This document shows positions 10,600 to 20,488 of a stretch of DNA of 41,779 bases, in pieces. The position numbers were made by a program, and so were the translations under genes. The notes under the pieces are model-generated. The model made no database searches and was not told where the DNA came from. It saw only the letters and a list, made by a program, of their open reading frames with translations. Position 1 is the first letter of the stretch, and each line of letters begins with the position of its first letter. Source of the stretch: Chrysochromulina tobinii (Eukaryota); NCBI GenBank assembly GCA_001275005.1, contig JWZX01003269.1, positions 62,001 to 103,779 of the forward strand. The letters are read 5' to 3'.

Positions 10600-11340
10600 T
10601 TACATGTCGGCCGCGAAGCCGCCATCGCCGCCGCCGCCGCCGCCGCCATAGCCGCCGCCACCGTAGTCGCCGGAATCGCTCAGCATTTCGCCGACCATCA
10701 TCCCGCCGAGGAAGCCCATGCCGGCGCCCATCGCCACCGAGCCGCCGGAGTGGTAGCCGCGGTCGTAGTACCCCGGATGTCCGGCGTACGAGCCCTGAAC
10801 GATGACGTGGTGCTGCTGTCCGCAGGCGGGCATCGCCTGGGCGACGGGAACGCCCTGCGCTGGCATCCCGTTGCGGTGGACGGCGGAGGGGTAGAGGGCG
10901 CCGGCGGGTGTCATCTCTATGGCCACCGCATTCTGCGTCACGAACGGGTGGCTGCGATGACGCCGCCATGCCGAGGCCGAGCACATGCACAGGAGCAACA
11001 AGAGGAGCAAGCCGGTGAACGTAATCCCCGACGCGTTGTCATGGCTGTCGCCGCCCTCCAGGGCGCAAATGTTGGAGGAACGAGTGCCGGTGTAGCAGCG
11101 ATACGAGGAACGGCACGGCCAGCAGTTGGCGCTCTTTGGGCAGCAATACGCATTGCTGGCAACTGTGCCGCAGCACTTGCCCTCCTCGCTATGGTACGCG
11201 GCTGAGCATTCGCCACCAGGCGAGCAGCACTTCTGGCACGGGCTCGGCGACGAGGGCGGGTCCGACGCCCCACTGTCCTGGGCCGACGCGGTGGAGACCA
11301 TGAGCAGCGCGAGCAGGGATTGGAGGCGTACGAACGTCAT
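10600..11340 (-). CDS. Single-pass membrane protein with a 12-Cys ectodomain and Gly-rich tail
   Basis: Signal peptide (MTFVRLQSLLALLMVSTASA), 12 Cys in ~58 aa, TM GITFTGLLLLLLLCMC, tail GAGMGFLGGMMVGEML...GGGGDGGFAADM. Confidence 0.75.
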   Translation of the reverse strand: MTFVRLQSLLALLMVSTASAQDSGASDPPSSPSPCQKCCSPGGECSAAYHSEEGKCCGTVASNAYCCPKSANCWPCRSSYRCYTGTRSSNICALEGGDSHDNASGITFTGLLLLLLLCMCSASAWRRHRSHPFVTQNAVAIEMTPAGALYPSAVHRNGMPAQGVPVAQAMPACGQQHHVIVQGSYAGHPGYYDRGYHSGGSVAMGAGMGFLGGMMVGEMLSDSGDYGGGGYGGGGGGGDGGFAADM

Positions 11341-11523
11341 CGTTCGTCAGAAGCTGTGCTGCTGCGATTGCTGCTGCCTTCTGCTGCGACGAGAAATTCG
11401 GAGTGTTTTCGGTTGTGAAACACACGAAAGCGCCAACCGTGTCGTGCTTGCAGCTCGGTTGCTTCTGTTCTACAAAGTTCTTGTGTGAATAATGACGTTT
11501 CGCTGTTAACAAGCGAGCCACAT

Positions 11524-12412
11524 ATGCTTGACAACATTGTTGCTGGGCCGGTGCCGACTCTTGCGGCGCCACCACCTGCGTCAGATGCGGAGCCGAGCGT
11601 GACGGACCTCTCCGCATCTCTCAGCGTCGTGCTCGACCAGCTCCAGACGGCGCTCGCCAAGCTCGGGGGAGCTGACGCGCCGTCGCAGCAGTACGGCGAC
11701 CCCGCGGCCGGCCGAGCGTTGGCGCTGATCGCAGCGGGCATCGATGCACCGGACGAGGTTCACATGGAGACGCGCGCGCTGCACGAGCACCTGCAGCGGC
11801 TCTTTGGCCTCTTCAGCGCAGCGGGCAAAACGGACAGCATGGGATTAGGGGTGGTGAGCGGCGCGCGCATGACGGCACTCGGCTTCCGCAAGCTCGTGCG
11901 GGCGGCGCAGCTGACGTGCGAGCGCTGCACGGATGTGGACGTCGACTTGATCTTCCAGCAGGTCGTGCGCACACGCGGCGCGCGCATGTCGATGGGCGAC
12001 ATGATGGTCGGCCTGTCGATGGTAGCGAAGCGACTCTATCCAGAGGAGCGTACGCAGTCATCGGCTTTCCACAGGCTGCTGAGCGAGCAGATGCTGCCAT
12101 GGATGCTGCAGTACGCGCCCGCCCGCCCGCTGCGGCCACCTGCGAGAGCGCGCGCTGCTGTGCGCACCCAAATGAGGAGTCTTCGTATGGCTATACCGAC
12201 CTGAGCGTCTCTCGCTTTGATGAGCAACCTTGCGATTGTATCCGATGGCGATGGCCGCTGCGGCAGCACACGGGCTCGCCAAGCTCACCACGGCGCCCCG
12301 TTCCCTCACCAGCGCTCGCGCCTTCGCGCCCCTTCTCTCCCTCCCCGTGCACAGGCTACAGCACGCACTGGCTTCTGGAGCGCTTCTCGGCGTAGGCAAT
12401 CCGCACAATTAA
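11524..12412 (+). CDS. p25-alpha/TPPP-like domain protein; probable intron 12111-12354
   Basis: MTALGFRKLVRAAQL...TDVDVDLIFQQV...RMSMGDMMVGLSMVAKRLYP resembles p25-alpha. Donor GTACGC at 12111 and a pyrimidine-rich acceptor ending CACAG at 12354 join in frame to QLQHALASGALLGVGNPHN*. The unspliced ORF would end at 12204. Confidence 0.6.
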
Positions 12413-12820
12413 GGCCCCGCCCGCCGCCGTGAGACACACCACCAGGAGGCATGATGAGGGAGTTCGAGGGCGCAGCGCTTATTGCACGCCGGCGATATCC
12501 CCGTTTTGCCATGCGACCGACCGACCGTTCTCTTCCATGCTGTTCTGTTTTGGTGCGTCGATTGGTTCGTCCCCGCCGGCGCGCCGTGCACGCGGTCCGG
12601 ACCGGACGGTGCCGGCCGCGGTGTTCGAGCCTTCATGACCCTTGGGTTTTTTTACTCTGGTCCGGGTTACCTTAATAAAAGATCGACGCTACTCGACTCA
12701 AGTACTATGTAAGCGCTAACCGACCGACGCGGCGAAAGTGCCACGATCCGGCAGTGCACGGTGGCGCGTGGCGGGTTTGGATAGCCGCGGCAGCGCACGT
12801 AGATAATCCGATAGAAGTAA

Positions 12821-15800
12821 CTAAACTGTTTTGGTCTCACTCTCAGCTCGGCGCCAGTCCGAGCCCTCCTCCTCCCACGTGAACCAGTCAAGCCACTCGT
12901 CGGTGCCATCTGGGAGTACGATCTGTGCCTGGAACATGCCGTCAATGAGCATCACGACCACCTGGGCCGCGACCCACTTCGGAGGACTCTCCTCCTTCAC
13001 GGCCACCTCCACTTCGATCCAATCGCCCTCCCGAGGCCACAGCCACTCCGCGGGGGGAGGCCGTGCAGACGGCTGCGGCTGCGGCTGCGGCGGCTGCGGG
13101 TGCTGGTGCTGGTGCTGGTGCTGCTGTTTGCGCAGTACGGCCATCTTGGTCATCTTGGTGGCCGTCTTGGCGGCATGCGCCTCCTCTTTGACAACCTGCT
13201 TCGCCTCGGCCGCCGCAGCCTTTTCCGCCGCCTTGGTCTCCGCCCACTTGTACTCGCGCTTGGCGGGGGCGGCCTCAAGGTTGAAATGGCGCGCGATCTC
13301 GGCGCGAGATCGGAAGCGCTTTCCCTGCGCAGGTGGGGGCAGGGTGGGGCGGGTTAGTGCTCAAGGGCTCACCTGCAGGGCTCTGCGCGAGAATGCGCCC
13401 ACGACGGCGCCGCGATCCTGCTCACCTGCGTGTTGATGAAGTACGAGTAAGTGGTGCCCTCGGTGGCGCCCTGCTTGTTGTACCAGCCGGTCTTGGTGTA
13501 CCAGCCGATGATCATCTCCGCCGAGCCGCCGCAGGTCTCGAGGTACTCAGCCAGTGAAGCAAGGAGCTTCTCGGAGCGTTCGGGCGAGTCCGCATCTGCG
13601 AGGCCGATGGAGGTGCGCGGCTTTTTCGGCTCAGGCGCCGCCGTGGGCTCGTCCTCGCGGCGCAATGTCCCTTTCTCAAGCAGTTCGTCGAGCGGCGCCA
13701 GAGGCACCGCGGCGGCTTCCGTTGCAGACGCCTCCATCATCGCGTGCTGGGCCACGCCGGCTTCGCTCCGAGCAGCATGCACTTTCTGCGACAGCTCAGC
13801 TTCCGAAGCGACTCCCGCCGACGATCGTTCCAGCCTGAGCTGCCATTCGCCCTTGTACGACTGAGGGTTGGGTTCCTTGAGCTTTTTGTTCATGGACTGC
13901 AGCCACTTGGCGCTTTCTTGCTGGCGTGTTCCGAGCACTTCAACATCAGAGAAGATCGCGCTCGCAAAGTCTCTCGTGAAGCCCTTGCCAGAGTCGGTCA
14001 GCTGCACGCCTTTCTCCAGACGATGGAATTCGTGTTGCTCAACGCGTACCTGAGTGCCATCGAGCTCATACCTCCAGGCCGCCTTCAAGTTGGCAAGTTC
14101 GACCACGTCGGGCACCCCTGCATCGCTTCCGCCTTCAGCACCTCCAGCGCCGCCTTCAGCAGGCGCAGCCTCGTCCCCGCCTGTTGGTCCGGCCTCCGTC
14201 GCCGCCCTTGCTCTCTTGAGCATTACCGGTACGGGCGGCTTGCGCCGCTCGGTCTTGCAGTCATCGCAGTGGAAGAAGAGGTACGATTTGGTCGATTGGA
14301 TGCCACGCTGCTCGAGCATCGCCGCCGTGGCCGTCGCCTCCGCGGTACGCACCGCATTCCCCTCGGTGTACGCGTCGGGAGCACAGTCGAAGCAGTAGGT
14401 GAGTGGGCACGTCATGCAATGGAAGAGCTGGCCGCCCACGTCGGTCGACTTGCGGGCGCATTCCCAGCACGCGTGCCACGGGCAGTACCACGATCCCTTG
14501 GGGACTTCTGTCAGGTGGACGCAGGAGAGGTGGTACGAGCGCGGGCAGACGGTGCACTCAATAATCTCACCGCCGTCGCCGCAGCTAAAGCGCCAGTCGT
14601 CGTGATGCAGTGTGGCGCGAGGGGCCCTGGAATCCCCTATCCGGGGCGGGGAGAAGCGGTCCGGCGGCGCCGCCTTGCGCTTGTGCCCCACCCTAGCCGC
14701 AAGAGCGCGCGCCTCCGCCTCTCGCTTCTGCACCTCGCGCGCCGCCGCCGCCGCCGCCGCCGCCGCGTCCGCCGCCGCCGCGTCCGCCGCGCAGCGTGCC
14801 GCAACGCCCTCAGGATCAGCGAGGTACGCCGCAGCCCTCGCATCCAACTTTGCGCATGGGCCGGGCGGAACCTTGCCCAAGAGCCACTGCGACATCGTCG
14901 AGGCATTTTTGCCCATTCGGGCGCCGAGCTGTGCCTGGGTGTACCGCTGGGTCACTATGTGCTCCTGGATCGCCTGCACGAGCTCCGAGTGCTCGCGGCT
15001 CGTCGGTGGCGGCTCCCACTTGGCCGGCGCTGCCCCCGCTTCATCCGCCTTGAGAAAGCGTGCCGAGACTCCCTCTGGGTCGTCGAGGTAGTAAGCGACT
15101 CTCCGGTCGATCGAGGAGATGGTATGAACTTTCAGTTGACCTCCGCAGAGCTTGAGCCAATTGCTGACGTAGGCTTGCCTTAACCTCCGACCAGCCACAC
15201 GCTGAGCAAATTGCTTCTGGGTGAGGCCGAGCGTGGCCATGTGCTCCTTGACCTCCGCCACGAGCTCCGCGTGGCTGCGAGTCGTCGTCGGCGGCTCCCA
15301 CTCGTCCTCCGCCGCCCACTCCTCCGCCGCCTCCGCCTCCGCCACCTCGTCCGCCTCCGCCTCCGCCTCGTCCGCCTTCGCCTCGTCCGCCCCCGCATCA
15401 TCCGCCTTGAGAAAGCGTGCCGAGACTCCCTCTGGGTCGTCGAGGTAGGCAGCGACTCTCCGGTCGATCCAGGCGAGCTTCTCGGGCTTCAGAAGACCTC
15501 CGCAAAGCTTGAGCCAGAAGGAAACGTTCGACTTCGCCAACCTCTGACCAGCCACACGCTGAGCAAATTGCTTCTGGGTGAGGCCGAGCGTGGCCATGTG
15601 CTCCTTGACCTCCGCCACGAGCTCCGCGTGGCTGCGAGTCGTCGGCGGCGGCTCCCACTCGTCCTCCGCCGTCGTGAGCGGCTGCGACCCTTCGCCCCTC
15701 GCCTCTGCCGACACGGAGGGTGCGGCAGCACCAACGACGCCGGCGCCGCAGACATGACCCTTCTTCGGAAGGCCGCAGCGCCCGCATCGATACCCGTGCA

Positions 15801-18054
15801 TTGGCTGCGGCGCGGCCTGCTGCGCGGCCTGTTGGGGTCCCTCCTCTGCCAACTCCTCTGCCGCCTCCCCCCCGGCCTCCTCAAGGTCGTCATGGACGTT
15901 AGCCGGCTTTGCGGCGTCGAGCATCGCGTCAATCTCCTCGGCGGTGGGCGGTGGGCGCAGGTCGGCCGTTGGGTCGAAGACCGCGTCGGCGCCGTGAGAG
16001 AGCATCCGATAGAGCTCCTGAACCGACAGCTTGCCCATGTCGCCCCCCTCGTCGCCCTCGTCCGCCGCCTCGAGCAGCGCGACGCCGGCGCCGCCCTCGC
16101 CCGCTTTCTTGATGACGAGCGCGTCGAGCAGCAGCTTCTGGCGCGCGCGGAGCAGCACGCGCTCCTCGAACGTGGATGGTGAGATCAGCCGGTAGATCTT
16201 GACCTGCTTGGTCTGTCCGATCCGATGTGCTCGGTCCTGTGCCTGCAAGTCGACCTGCGGATTGTAGCAAGTGTCGTACAGGACGACGACGTCGGCGGTG
16301 GCGAGGTTGATGCCCTGGCCGCCCGCGCGCGTCGAGATCAAGTAGAGGAACGCCTCGGAGCCCGGCGCGTTGAATGAGCGCATGTCCATCTCGCGCGCGA
16401 TCCGATTGGTCGTGCCGTCCAGCCGGAAGTAGGCGCGCCCGCGCGCCCCCCAACGGTCGGCGACGTACTCCTCGAGGACATCGAGGGAGAGCGTATACTG
16501 CGAGAAGATCAGCGCACGCGAGCCGGCCGCCTTGCACCGCACGAGCAGACGGTCGAGCATCGCCAGCTTGCCCGACGCCGCTATGAGGCTCGGGCCGACC
16601 AGCGCACGGAGAGTCGCCTCGTCCTCGCGTGCGGCGGCGGAGAGATGGGAGCTGTCCATCGGTGGCAGCTTGATGAAGGACGAGCCCGCGGCTGCCGCGT
16701 GCTTGGCGGCAGCCGCCGCGCGATCGCGGTCGATGGTCAGCGCAATCGCCTTCGGGTGGTTACACACCTTTTGGAGCTGCATCAGGCGGCTCTGCAGCTG
16801 CGCCACCGTCAGGAGGCCGCTCCCGTCGCTCCCGTCGCTCCCGCCGCTCCCGCCGCTCCCGCCGCCGCCCTCGAGCCCGCCGCCCTCGAGCACGTCGTCT
16901 GCGCTCGCCGTCTGCAGCAGCCTCCGATACCATGCACGTTGCAGCGGCATGAGCGGCGGCTTGAGGACGTACTCGACCTTAGGCAAAAGGCTTGTCTCAA
17001 CTTGCGACTTGACGCGGCGCAACATAAGGCTCTCGAGAAGGAGGCGCGCCTGCGCGACGGCGGAGTGGTCCATCTGGCCACCGTCGAGACCCACGCGCGC
17101 CGCGCCGTCAAACGACTCGGAGCTCAGCGTGCCCGGAAGGATGTACGAGAGCAGCGCCCACAGCTCGTGGAGGTTGTTTTGGAGCGGCGTGCCGGTGAGC
17201 AGCAGACGGAAGGGGATGGGGAGGCGGGCGAGCGAGGCGCAGAGGGAGGAGGCCTCGTTCTTGAGCCGATGGCCCTCGTCGATCGTGATCGTGTGGAACA
17301 GGAACGCCTCCGTGAAGAAGGCCTCCTCCGCCCGCAGGGTGTCGTACGTAGTGAGGTAGACGTCGTACTCCGCCTGCACTACCGCCGCCGAGTGGAGGAG
17401 GCGGTCGCGCTCGCTGGCACTGCCGTAGATCTTGACGAAGGAAAGCTCGGGGGTGAAGCGCTTCAGCTCGTTTGCCCAGTTCTGGAGCACGGCCAGCGGC
17501 GTCACAACGAGGTGTGGCCCGGGCAGGCCGGCCGCCTTGAGCCGCGAGAGGAATGCGAGTGTCTGTATGGTCTTGCCCAGCCCCATCTCGTCGCCGAGGA
17601 TGCCGCCCGTGCCGACAGCGTATTGCGCGAGCAGCCAGTTGACGCCCTCGCACTGGTACGCGCGCAACTGTGCTTTGATGTACGGCTCGTGCGCGCCGAT
17701 GGTGAGAGGCTTGGCCTTCGCCAGGACGGCCGCGCCGCCTGCTGTCAGCCTGGCCATCGCGTCGGCGGAGACGAAGGGTGCCAGTGCCGCCTTATTTTGC
17801 TCGAAAAACCCGGCGGCTCGCGAACTGATCTCTTTGTGCACGGCACGCACGGCGCGGATTCGCTTCTGAAGGCCCGAGTTCTTTGAGTCAGATCCCACGC
17901 AGCCGTCGCACCGCCACTCCTTGCTGTCGGGCCACGCACGCAGGCCGGCACAGTTGAGGTGATACTTGGTCTTGCACCCACGGCACTTGATCAGATCGTC
18001 ATGCGACTCGGCGTCGCCACGGCAAACGGAGCACCACACGCCGGATGTGGCCAT
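12821..18054 (-). CDS. SNF2-family (ISWI/CHD-like) chromatin-remodelling ATPase with PHD, Zn-knuckle, 3 HTH-like repeats, PHD+Cys/His cluster, MBD-like and Tudor/Agenet-like domains; intron 13425-13325
   Basis: Helicase motifs GDEMGLGKT, IDEGHRLKN, LLTGTPLQNN, LQKVCNHP, LIFSQY, STRAGGQGINL, QAQDRAHRIGQ. An intron with GTGAG donor, CTAAC branch point (13357-13353) and GCGCAG acceptor joins YFINTQ|GKRFRSRAEIARHF in frame with ORF 12821..13153. Confidence 0.88.
14790..15670 (-). repeat. Intragenic triplication of a ~90-aa HTH-like module
   Basis: Near-identical copies at ~15398-15670 and ~15041-15313 (period 357 bp) and a diverged copy at ~14790-15022. Consensus WEPP.T.RSH.ELV...L.TQ.Q.A.R......VS.WL.....D.R.AAYL.DPEGV. 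Confidence 0.9.
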
Positions 18055-18064
18055 CGCGCCGGCG

Positions 18065-18131
18065 GCGGTGAGAGGGCGACCGCTTCGGGGAGTGGTGCGG
18101 TGAGAGGGCGACGGCTTCGGGGAGTGGTGCG
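18065..18131. repeat. 32-bp tandem duplication in the SNF2/PGDH divergent intergenic region
   Basis: GCGGTGAGAGGGCGAC(C/G)GCTTCGGGGAGTGGT at 18065-18096 and 18097-18128, one mismatch. Confidence 0.92.
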
Positions 18132-18270
18132 TCCAAAAGACTTAACTTAGCGTTTGTGTCATGTTTTGCAGGCCCACTCAACGCCAGCATTTCACACGCC
18201 GTCAGTTTTGTAGTGGTGTTTTTGTCTTGGGCACATCACGTCATCAAGCGCGGCCACGGAGACCAGCCAA

Positions 18271-19737
18271 ATGCTTGCGCGATACAGTGTCGCGCCGACA
18301 GCCGTGCGCTTTGCGCGCCGCGGCCTCGCTAGCGCTACCAACGCCGAGATCGCCCTGCTCAAGGAGCTTCTCGCAAAGGCGCAGGAACGTGAGTTGGCGG
18401 CGGCGCGTGCGGCCGCGGCCGCCGCGGCCGCTGAGGCCGGCGGCAACCGCTTCCAGATTCAGACCTTCGACAAAATCTCGCCCTCGGGCCTGGAGCGGTT
18501 CCCGGCGACCGCCTTCATGCTCACTGGCTCGTCGGGCAAGCTGCCCGAGGGCACGGAACCGGAGCCGCACGCCATCCTGCTGCGCAGCTACAAGCTGGCG
18601 GCTGAGGAGGTGAAGCCCACTGTTCGTGCCATTGCGCGGTGCGGCGCCGGCACGAACAACATCCCGATCGAGGAGATGACGAAGGTCGGCATCCCGGTCT
18701 TCAACACGCCGGGCGCAAACGCCAACTCCGTGAAGGAGCTTGTGCTCGCCGGTCTGTTGCTCGCCTCGCGCGACATCGTGGGCGGCATCTTGCACACGAA
18801 GAACAAGATCGTGCCGGAGGAGAAGGAGCACAAGAAGATCGAGAAGCGTATCGAGAAGGACAAGAGCTTGTTTGGCGGGCAGGAGCTGCTCGGCAAGACG
18901 CTGGGCATCTGCGGCCTCGGCAACATCGGCGCGATGGTGGCCGAGTCGGCCCTCGCCCTTGGCATGAAGGTTGTTGGCTATGACCCGAAACTGTCCGTCG
19001 ATGCGGCTTGGCGGCTCTCGTCGAAGGTGGAGCGGTGCGATTCGCTCGAGGATGTCTTCTCGAAGTCCGACTACGTCTCGGTCAACATGCCCTACATCAA
19101 GGGCGTCACCCACGGCGCGATCTCGGCTGCTGTTCTCGCCAAGATGAAGCCCACCTGCCACTTGCTCAACTTTGCACGTGGCGAGATCGTCGACGGCCAG
19201 GCGCTCCTCCAGCTGTATGAGAACGGGCACAAGGGCCGGTACATCTGCGACTTTGCGGACGAGGGCATGCAGAACCACCCCAAGTTCATGTGCATCCCGC
19301 ACTTGGGCGCCTCGACCGAGGAGGCTGAGGACAACTGCGCGGCGATGGCGGCAAACCAAGTGATCAACTTCCTGGAGACAGGCTCGATCATTAATTCGGT
19401 CAACTTCCCCACGGCGCACCTGGCGCCGCAAAAGGGGCACACGCGCCTGTGCATCGTGAACCAGAACATCCCCGGTGTGCTGGGCGCGATCACCACCCTG
19501 ATGGGCCAGCGCGGCATCAACATCGCGCAGCAGCTCAACACGTCCCGAGACAAGATCGCGTACAACGTGCTCGACCTGCAGGACTTCCCCGAGGACGCTG
19601 ACAAGTCGGCCGCCCTGCAGAAGGAGCTCGCGAGCATCACCGGCGTCCTGTCGACGCGTCTGATCTGGACCGGCTCTGTCTCAGAGGGCCCGAGCAACTT
19701 CGTCACCATCGCCTCGCAGGGCGCTGCCCAGTGCTAG
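18271..19737 (+). CDS. serA: D-3-phosphoglycerate dehydrogenase with C-terminal ACT domain and probable mitochondrial presequence
   Basis: ARCGAGTNNI, VFNTPGANANSVKEL, GLGNIG (NAD binding), LLNFARGEIVD, PHLGASTEEAE, NSVNFP, and ACT domain NQNIPGVLGAIT. N-terminus is Arg-rich and lacks acidic residues. Confidence 0.93.
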   Translation: MLARYSVAPTAVRFARRGLASATNAEIALLKELLAKAQERELAAARAAAAAAAAEAGGNRFQIQTFDKISPSGLERFPATAFMLTGSSGKLPEGTEPEPHAILLRSYKLAAEEVKPTVRAIARCGAGTNNIPIEEMTKVGIPVFNTPGANANSVKELVLAGLLLASRDIVGGILHTKNKIVPEEKEHKKIEKRIEKDKSLFGGQELLGKTLGICGLGNIGAMVAESALALGMKVVGYDPKLSVDAAWRLSSKVERCDSLEDVFSKSDYVSVNMPYIKGVTHGAISAAVLAKMKPTCHLLNFARGEIVDGQALLQLYENGHKGRYICDFADEGMQNHPKFMCIPHLGASTEEAEDNCAAMAANQVINFLETGSIINSVNFPTAHLAPQKGHTRLCIVNQNIPGVLGAITTLMGQRGINIAQQLNTSRDKIAYNVLDLQDFPEDADKSAALQKELASITGVLSTRLIWTGSVSEGPSNFVTIASQGAAQC

Positions 19738-20488
19738 AGACGCCCAACGGCACCGCCACGGGGCACCTGCTGGCGACGGAGTGTTGCGAGCTCTTGCGTG
19801 CAAGTGCGGCCTGCCGGGCTCTCGGCACTCGAGATGGGGAGAGGTCAATCGTTAAACGACGGGTGCGCCTCACCATATGGCGGCGCTGCGATGCGGCGTG
19901 ACCGGGCGAGGGGTGCGCGGGGGCATGTCGAACAGCTTTTGCCTTTCGTTCCGGCTGAAGCTAGACGGGCATACACCGCACGCGGGTTCGCCCAAGTCCG
20001 CGTGCGGCTACTCCCAACCCATGACATGTCGTCCGCGGAGGTAACGTAAGTAAACGTAAGTATTTCGGGGCACGTACCGGATACGCAAATATTCGTTCAA
20101 ACGTAATCGATATTATTTTTAAGACCGTGGCCGCGGGAGCTCGGCTGTGAACCTCGCGGAACTCTCGCGAGCTCACCATGGAGCTCACGTCTCACGACCT
20201 CTCACCTCAGACGCCAGGCCACCGCGCTCGTCGCCCGGCGGTCGTCCAAGCGCGATGTCGGGTCGCTCCCCCGCGGCGGGCGCCAGCGCCGCCGCGCCAC
20301 CGTGCTGGCCCCATGCGCGGCATGCGGCGCTCTCGCCCACGCACGTGGTTAGTATCGCATGCCCGCCACGCACCTCTCAAAGCACCTCGCCCCGACGCCG
20401 CATCTCGCTGCCCGACTTGCCTAATATGGACCTCTTCTAGGTGCTGTCGACAGCATAGCTTCAAGTTGCCTACGTAGGAGCAAACGGA

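Noticed and set aside
9941..10651. 236-aa ORF and GC hairpins between convergent genes
   Set aside because: Non-ATG start, no motifs, and overlap with both neighbours. Short hairpins are expected at this GC content.
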